NCBI RefSeq assembly: GCF_009914755.1
Contig: NC_060938.1
DNA: 64,000 nt
Strand: one strand, 5' to 3'
Origin: the human T2T-CHM13v2.0 reference genome, Homo sapiens
Of the stretch, positions 56,660 to 64,000 are shown one piece after another. Position 1 is the first letter of the stretch. Each line of letters opens with the position of its first letter. The notes under the pieces were generated by a model. That model did no database searches. It had not been told where the DNA came from and saw only the letters and a program-made list of their open reading frames with translations. A program made the translations under genes and the position numbers.

Positions 56660-56966
56660 TTTTTTTTTTTTTTTTTTTTTTTTTGAGATGGAGTCTCGCT
56701 CTGTCACCCAGGCTGGGGTGCAGTGGCGCCATCTCGGCTCACTGCAACCCCTGCCTCCTGAGTTCAAGTGATTCTCCTGCCTCAGCCTCCCGAGCAGCTG
56801 GGACTACAGGCACATGCCACCACATGAGTCTATTTTTTGTATTTTTAATAGAGATGGGGTTTTGCCATGTTGGCCAGGCTGATCTCAAACTCCTGACCTC
56901 AGGTGATCCACTTGCCTTGGGCTCCCAAAGTGCTGGGATTACAGGCGTGAGCCACCGCACCCAGTC
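56660..56966 (-). mobile_element. AluSx
   Basis: Antisense Alu with long polyT and cctgacctcaggtgatcc; TSD c(a/g)gtgccatattcttt at 56647 and 56968. Confidence 0.95.
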
Positions 56967-57584
56967 CCGGTGCCATATTCTTTGCCTATGCCTGGAGTAT
57001 GGGCTAAGATATTGAGTCCTTAAGTCTATAAAGATACTCAAGCTTCCTTTACCCTTTGCACATATTGTGCCCAATTTTAGAGAAAACTGTGTCTACAAAT
57101 TGTGGTGTCAAAGGGCATAGATTTGATGGAAGATAGTGCTAATATCCACGAGAGTCAGCTTTGCTGTCTGGGTCCTAAGAAAGAGAATTTTTAGGGGTCG
57201 TTAGTGCTCTCAAATCAGAAAGACAGCAAATGGGACAATTTGCAGTTAGAAGATCTGAAAAAGGTAGTGGAGACCTTAAGAACTGGGAGCTGGTGAGGGC
57301 AAGGCAAATGTCTAGGTCCCTACACACCAGTAGAGTTTTAGCTCCAGAAAAAGAGTTTGAATCCAAACCAAAGGTGAGACTAGAAGCCCATATATTTGGA
57401 CTGGGAAACAGAGCACAGATGTAAAAGAGAACACAAATCTAGGGGTAAAAAGGAATCCAGGACTCAGACCCAGGACCTTCGATGCTCAGTTTATACTGAA
57501 ATAACTAATTTAAATCACCAGTAACAATGTCTTTTTATAGTTTCTGCATAATAATCAGAGCTTCTCTGAACAACTACTAAGTAC

Positions 57585-58370
57585 GTGATGACTAAAATTT
57601 AAAAATTGACAATATTAATGCTAACAAGGATGCGGAGCAAGAACTTTTATTTTTAATGGAAACTCACAATGGTGCAGCTTATTGGTATTAATCTAAGTGA
57701 GTTGGAAACTTATGACCATACCAAATCCTGCACACAAATGGGTATAACAGCTTTATTCATTGTTGTCAAAATTTGGAATCGACCAAGATGTCCTTCAATA
57801 GTGAATGAATTTTAAAAACTATGGTACATCTATACAATGAAATACTCTTCAGCAATGAAAATAAATAAAACCACAAAAAGATACGGAGTTATCTTAAGTG
57901 CATATTACTAGGTGAAGGAAGTCAATCTGAAAAGGCTACTGTGTGAGTCCTACTACATGTGGTATTTTGGAAAAGGTAAAACTATGGAGTCAGTAAAAAG
58001 ATGAGGGTTTGCCAGGAGTTCCTAGGGAAGGAGGGATGAGTAGATGCAGCAGGGAGGATTTTGAGGGCAGTGAAACTATTTTCTCTGATACTATAATGAT
58101 ATATACATTTCATTACACCTTTGTACAAACACAGAATATACAACACAAAGAGCGAGCCCTAACATGAACTGTGGATTTTAGTTAATAATAATGCGTCAGT
58201 ATTGACTCATCAATTATAACAGTGTATCACACCAATGCAAGATGTTGATAATAGGAGAAACTGTGTATGTGTATGGAGGGGTGGGAGTATATGGGAATTC
58301 TCTGCACTTTTTGCTCAATTTATCTATAACCTTAAAGCTTCTCTAAAAATATATTAATTTTTTTAAAAAA
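57585..58370 (+). mobile_element. L1MC (MC1-3 like) 3' end
   Basis: cttaagtgcatattactaggtgaaggaagtcaatctgaaaaggctac...ggaaaaggtaaaactatggag...gggcagtgaaactatt...gatgttgataataggagaaactg, A-rich end. Confidence 0.9.
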
Positions 58371-58565
58371 GTAGTTTGTTATCAGTAAGTTATTTTTGTT
58401 CCTCCAGGACTATCAATGTCCTCTTCAAATATAGTTGAATTCACATTTGCACAGTGAACCAGTTTTCTGGGAACTATTATGAAGTATTAAGTAGAAGCTT
58501 TGGCTGGATATATTAAATAAAGGCATAAAGGCATAAAATATCAATTGCTAAAGACAATACCCTAA

Positions 58566-58890
<325 letters not shown>

Positions 58891-59559
58891 TTGAAGAATT
58901 TTTTTAATTAACAAAAGTTAAAGAAATGTCATTTCTCTTTTTGATTGAACTCTCTTAATCATTGATTTCAGGGAAGATTCATATTGACTTATGATTCATG
59001 TTAAGCTTGTATGAAGGAGAAGAGAGCTTTGTTATTTATCTAGAAATCATGCATCATGTATTATCGGTATTTTTATGTTTAGCATCATGTTGATGATACC
59101 ATTTGTACTAACCATTTAATTATAATCTTGGGACTGGAAACATGCTTAATTCCCTCTGACACCTTCCTATTGCCAACATGCCTAATCAGAAATTTCATAC
59201 ATAGCAATACAGCTATATGGTCCAATTTTTAATATGTTATATAAAGATTATTCCAACATGAAAAACGTAAGAATGCTTTATATTTTTTAATAATATATGA
59301 GAAGAACAAAAACACCCAGCTGACAAATGTAAATGAAAGTACATCGATGTTTCTATAAAAGGACAATTTACTATCTTGAAATTTTTCAAAAGCTTGAGTG
59401 TGATGTAGAACATACGGATTTAAGAAATTTAGAATAATAAAAATGCATTGAAGCTTACAATTTTCCAGTATAAGTCTCATAGATAAAGCAATTGTTGAGC
59501 AAGAGGAGGACATAGAAACAATAATGATGCAAAATAAAGTTAAAAACAAAATAGTAATC

Positions 59560-59790
59560 ATGGTACTAGCAGCTACCACTCATTATTCGGTTTTCATTTG
59601 CTAAGCCCTTTACATACTTTTTTTTTTTTAAATTCTCTTACAACTTTAAGGAGCAGGTAATAACTGTTGTCTTGTTTTATAGATGAGTACATAGGCAAGA
59701 AGCTATGTTACAGGCACAGGCAAGAGGTTAAATTATCTGCTCAGGATACTACAGCTATTGAGTGATGATATCAGAATTAGTACTAAAGAG
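59560..59790 (-). mobile_element. MIR SINE
   Basis: tgctaagccctttacatac...cttacaactttaaggagcagg...ttttatagatgag...gaggttaaattatctgctcagg. Confidence 0.6.
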
Positions 59791-60044
59791 AGCCCTAAGT
59801 GGTGTATTGTCAGAGAGGAGGGGTTGAACCATTCCCAAGAGTACATGAAAAGAGCATATAGGAATGAGCTTACAATTTCAATTAAGTGCATACAAAGGGA
59901 CTGAGTATATTCCTGGTTGAGGGTAGAGAGAGAATTTTTTTTCGAAGAAGAGCAAGTCTAACTTAAATGAGCACTAGAAGACAATGTTAGCATCTGAAAG
60001 CTAGTATTTCTTCTTAGGCCCCATTAACCTGTTAAGAATATGTA

Positions 60045-60251
60045 CAGTAAACCCTCACTTAACATCATCAATAGATTCTTGAAAACTGTGACTTTAAGCC
60101 AAATGACATATCAGAAAACCATTTTCTTCTCATCAATGTTATAATCAAACAACATTAAATGAAATGATGTTATTTGAGGACAAACTGTATGTCACTTTGC
60201 TTAAAGTCAGTTTCCAAGAGCCTATCAATGATGTTTAGTGAGGACTTACTG
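60045..60251. mobile_element. TcMar-Tigger MITE (MER6B-like)
   Basis: TA-flanked; ~65-bp inverted arms cagtaaaccctcacttaacatcatcaatag... / ...ctatcaatgatgtttagtgaggacttactg. Confidence 0.85.
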
Positions 60252-60500
60252 TATTATATTTTCCTTTTCTGTTAGCTCTTAGGGATGAAGAAAATAAAAA
60301 GAAACATAGACAGGAATTGTTAGAAAACTTTCCAAACTCTTCCCCTTCCCTCACAGACCATAGACTCTTCCACATGTCTATACCAAACTCTTCCAAATCT
60401 ATATTCAAATGCATTTTCTCATGGAAAGTAAGAAGCATTGGTTCTTGTTTCCTTGTATGACATCATTTCTTCTGACATGTTTTGAGTTATCTAGGAAGGG

Positions 60501-60890
60501 CAAGCGTCCCCAACACAGGAGTCCCCAACTGTAGGACCACTGAGGGTAAATACCTGTCCATGGACTGTTAAGAATCAGGCCACACAGCAGGAGGTGAACG
60601 GCCTGCAAGCGAGCATTACCGCCTGAGCTCTGCTTCCTGTCAGATCAGCAGAGGCATTAGGTTCTCATATGAGCACCAACCCTATTGTGAACTGCGCATG
60701 TGAGGGATCTAGGATGTGCACTCCTTATGAGAATCTAATGCTTGTTGATCTGAGGTGAAACAGTTTCATCCCAAAACCATCACTCCACCACAGATCTCCC
60801 CTGAACCCACATTTCTCCCCTCACCCCATCCGTGGAAAAATTGTCTTCCACAAAACTGTTCCCTGGTGCCAAAAAGTTTGGGGACTGCTG
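60501..60890 (+). mobile_element. MER1B (hAT-Charlie MITE)
   Basis: gcgagcattaccgcctgagctc...cctattgtgaactgcgcatgtgagggatctagg...cctggtgccaaaaagtttggggactgctg; perfect 8-bp TSD aggaaggg at 60493 and 60891. Confidence 0.95.
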
Positions 60891-60944
60891 AGGAAGGGCA
60901 CCCATGCACAAAGACCTGGTGCAGTGGAGTCATACCATAGGAGT

Positions 60945-61170
60945 AACAATAAGTTAACATTTATTGAATACTTCGAATCTGCTACAATGTCTAACAGATT
61001 TTTACATGGACAGTCTCATTTAATTTTCTTACCTCTTATTCTGGTCATTTAACATGTGAAGTAAATAAAGCATAAAATAGTTTAATCTCTTGAGGAAGTC
61101 ACACAAGTAGTAAGTAGAACTAGGATGCAAATTTAGGTATCTTACCTCAAGAATTCACATGCTTAACTGA
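60945..61170 (-). mobile_element. MIR SINE
   Basis: taacatttattgaatactt...gtctcatttaatttt...gaagtcacacaagtagtaagtagaactaggatgcaaatttagg. Confidence 0.65.
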
Positions 61171-64000
61171 AAAACCAAACTTCCCCTCTACAGACTGTTT
61201 TTTTTTTTTTTTTGCCTCTTATATTCCACTTGTCTGCAAAAGCTTATTTTATTCAGATTTACTTTTCTTTTTTTTTAGATTGAGGCCATAAGACATCAAA
61301 GCATCATACAAATTACAAGTCATTAAGTGAGGTTCTAGGATTAACATGTATTTTAGAGTATAGCTTTTCTTCATTTCTTCTGTGCCTTGAATCCGTCTCT
61401 GTTCATAAGACTATTGACTATGATCTATTATGCATCCTAGTTAGGCAGTGATGGTATTGAGACTCAGATGGTGAAGTATTACTGCTTTTGGGGAAGACTT
61501 TCTGGATGCAAAATACACATATGTGTATAACACATTAGATATGTGTGATTTAAGTATATATTACACGTATATATGCAATATATGCTATACATGTTTGTGT
61601 GTATATATATATCTATATATGCACACAGACAGACACAAACCCATAAACACACGTGAGAGAGAGATTTCAGAGCCTAATGTAATGCTTGCTGCAAGTCAAA
61701 TGTCTTTGCACCAATCAGTTTTAGTGCTTTTTTTCTGAGAAATGTGTTTAGGAAAGGTAGCAGTTCAAATTCCTACATGTTTAAGTCAATCTGATCCTCT
61801 CTAAAATGTACCTTTCTCTAAGCAGTTTGAAGAAGAATTAGCCCCTATCCAAAAACAAAACAAAACAAAAAAAAGGTTGTATCCTAAATGTTTTACTCTG
61901 CCATCATCTGTTCTATCAAGGGCACTTTGCCACTTTGTTACTTTGTCCTGTGAAAGAAAACTAGAAAACTTGTTTGCAGGCACAGTTTGCTGACTCCTAA
62001 GTCACTTGGCTTCAATGGTCAAGCTCCTTACATGCCCTGTACACAGCTTGCCCAGCTCTCACTGCTATTTCGGAGCATTATTTTTGCTAGATTCTGGAAG
62101 TCATCAGTTCCACCAGGAACAAAATATCAGGCCGAGGGGCCAATGCAGCCACTGACTGAGGACTGCAGATATTCAAGGCCCGTGTTCTGACTTGATGGGT
62201 CTTAATATGCCAAAGAGAAATGGAAGAAGCTTCATTGCTTAGTTGGAAAATATTGAGAGACACGAGCTTTTGAAAATTTTGTATCACATAATTTCTTTAA
62301 AGTTTTGCTTTCTTATTTGAAATATATTTATTCCTTGATGTCAAGTCAACCGCTCCATTTTAAACATTAGAGTAGAACTGAAAATTGATCCTTGCTTAAC
62401 TTTTTCTTTATTCAAAAGAGCCTCATTGAATATTGTCAGAGAGTAGTTTTGAGAAGAGGCTATGAAACTGCAAGTCTTTCCAAGTTGACCTTTCTGGTGA
62501 AGCGGTGATCTGATGTCACCAGATAAGAGTAAAACAGTTTATGCTTTGTGCTTTTAAAATGGGTTATAAACAACATGAGTTTGACTTTATTAAATTAACT
62601 TTTCTTTTCTAACAAACACCATCTGTTTAAGCTTGGCAAGTCTTCCACAGGAAAAAATTTAAAAAATATGTATCCTGAAATAGAAAAGAGAGTATAACTT
62701 TTTCCTTCTTAATTGACCCTGGTAATTTACTAAGGTTAGGTTATGCCAATTCAGAAATAGCTTGTAAGTTTGCAGAACTAATTTAGTTATTTAGTACAAA
62801 AGTTGGTAAAGATTTAGAAACTTTATTTGGAAAGCCATTTCATGTCCATTATATTATTTAATTTTCCCAACGAAGATGAAATATTAATGACTTTAGCATT
62901 CTACCCTCCCACTTTTAGACTAGCAAATAGAGGAAGAGATGTTGCAGCTTTTTTAAAGATGATATAGGGAGCAATGATAGAGGTGAGTCTTAAATTCAAA
63001 TTTTCTGGCTACCAATTCCATATTATCTCCATTCTACTACAGTTCCTAGGCAAGTGAAAATGACATGAGCTTTTCTGTACACCATAAAGATATGACCTTT
63101 AGTGACCTGGAATGCAGAGTTGGATTAAGAAATATTAGCTGCTCCACAACCAAGATCTGTGCAGCACTTTCTGCACTTCACTAAGGAACAGGTAGAAATG
63201 GTGAAAGGATAATGGCTGAGCAAACCGCCCTCAAATAGAAATTTGCTGAGACTACGTGATGGAAATAGTCCAACCATTTTGAAATGTTTTGACCAGTAGC
63301 CTGGATAATAACAATCACAAAAGAGTCAGCAAATGTAAAATCTGCAGCTGCTCAGGATTTTGATGAGATGACTTCTTTCAGCATCATCAATTATTGGAGA
63401 TGATCAGACTCCACTTCTGAGAGAAATGATGCTGAAACTAAATGAAATTAGGAGCAGGCAAAAGGGCAGTTCAGATGAAAGGAGCAATCCATAGTACGAT
63501 CATAATCTTGATGACTGCTTGCTTAATGTGTTTTACTTTGTAAACAGTATAAAGTAATCGTTGATGGCTTTGCCTGAGGTGCTTATGACAACAAAGTTAT
63601 ACCTGGCCAGAGTTCAATATTGCCAACATGGAGAGTTTTTGTCTCTGGGTCCAAAAAAATCTGAGGGAGATACAGGGAGAACCAACCTCAGGCCAGTGAT
63701 TCTGTACCTGTCTGTGATACATACTGGAAATCTGATTAGGGTAGGACTAAAAAACTCAAAGATCTATTGTCACCCAAACTGGCATTGTGCTGATTCCCAA
63801 TAACGTATTTTCAAATTAAAGCTCTTCCAATATTTGATGTTAAATGTTCCACTTGCCTTTCTGAGTGCTGCATCAGGAAGAATTGAAACATGATATATAG
63901 AAGGTCCTGGGTTCCCAGGATACGAAGCATTCATATCTTGGTTTTTTTTATGAGTTTGCTGAACATTCACAACTAGCTCTTTTTCTAATTCTCTAGAGCA

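Overview
AT-rich, CpG-poor primate genomic DNA. AluY and L1PA2/3 insertions point to human or a great ape. It looks like a gene desert or a large intron. I see no credible host protein-coding exon, RNA gene, CpG island or CRISPR-like array, and I cannot name the locus. The ORFs with recognisable protein motifs are all decayed transposon sequence: L1 ORF2 fragments, ERVL pol/integrase, and antisense Alu readings. Main content: nine Alus (J, S and Y), a twin-primed 5'-inverted L1PA2/3 nested with a MADE2 MITE inside an old L1M, several old L1M/L2/MIR fragments, MaLR solo LTRs, a 5'-truncated ERVL provirus (RT-RNaseH-IN-dUTPase plus an MLT2C-type 3' LTR), and MER6B and MER1B DNA-transposon MITEs. 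I do not find a new protein-coding system. The best leads are non-coding: repeat-free blocks dense in developmental TF motifs (about 15.9-16.6 kb and 29.9-30.9 kb, the latter ending in a CCAAT/GT-box/TATA arrangement), a strong CTCF motif, a consensus DR1 element, and several locally templated duplications or palindromes (35.2, 36.6, 41.7, 54.9/56.5 and 60.5 kb). Repeat subfamily names come from remembered consensus sequences and should be confirmed with RepeatMasker/Dfam.
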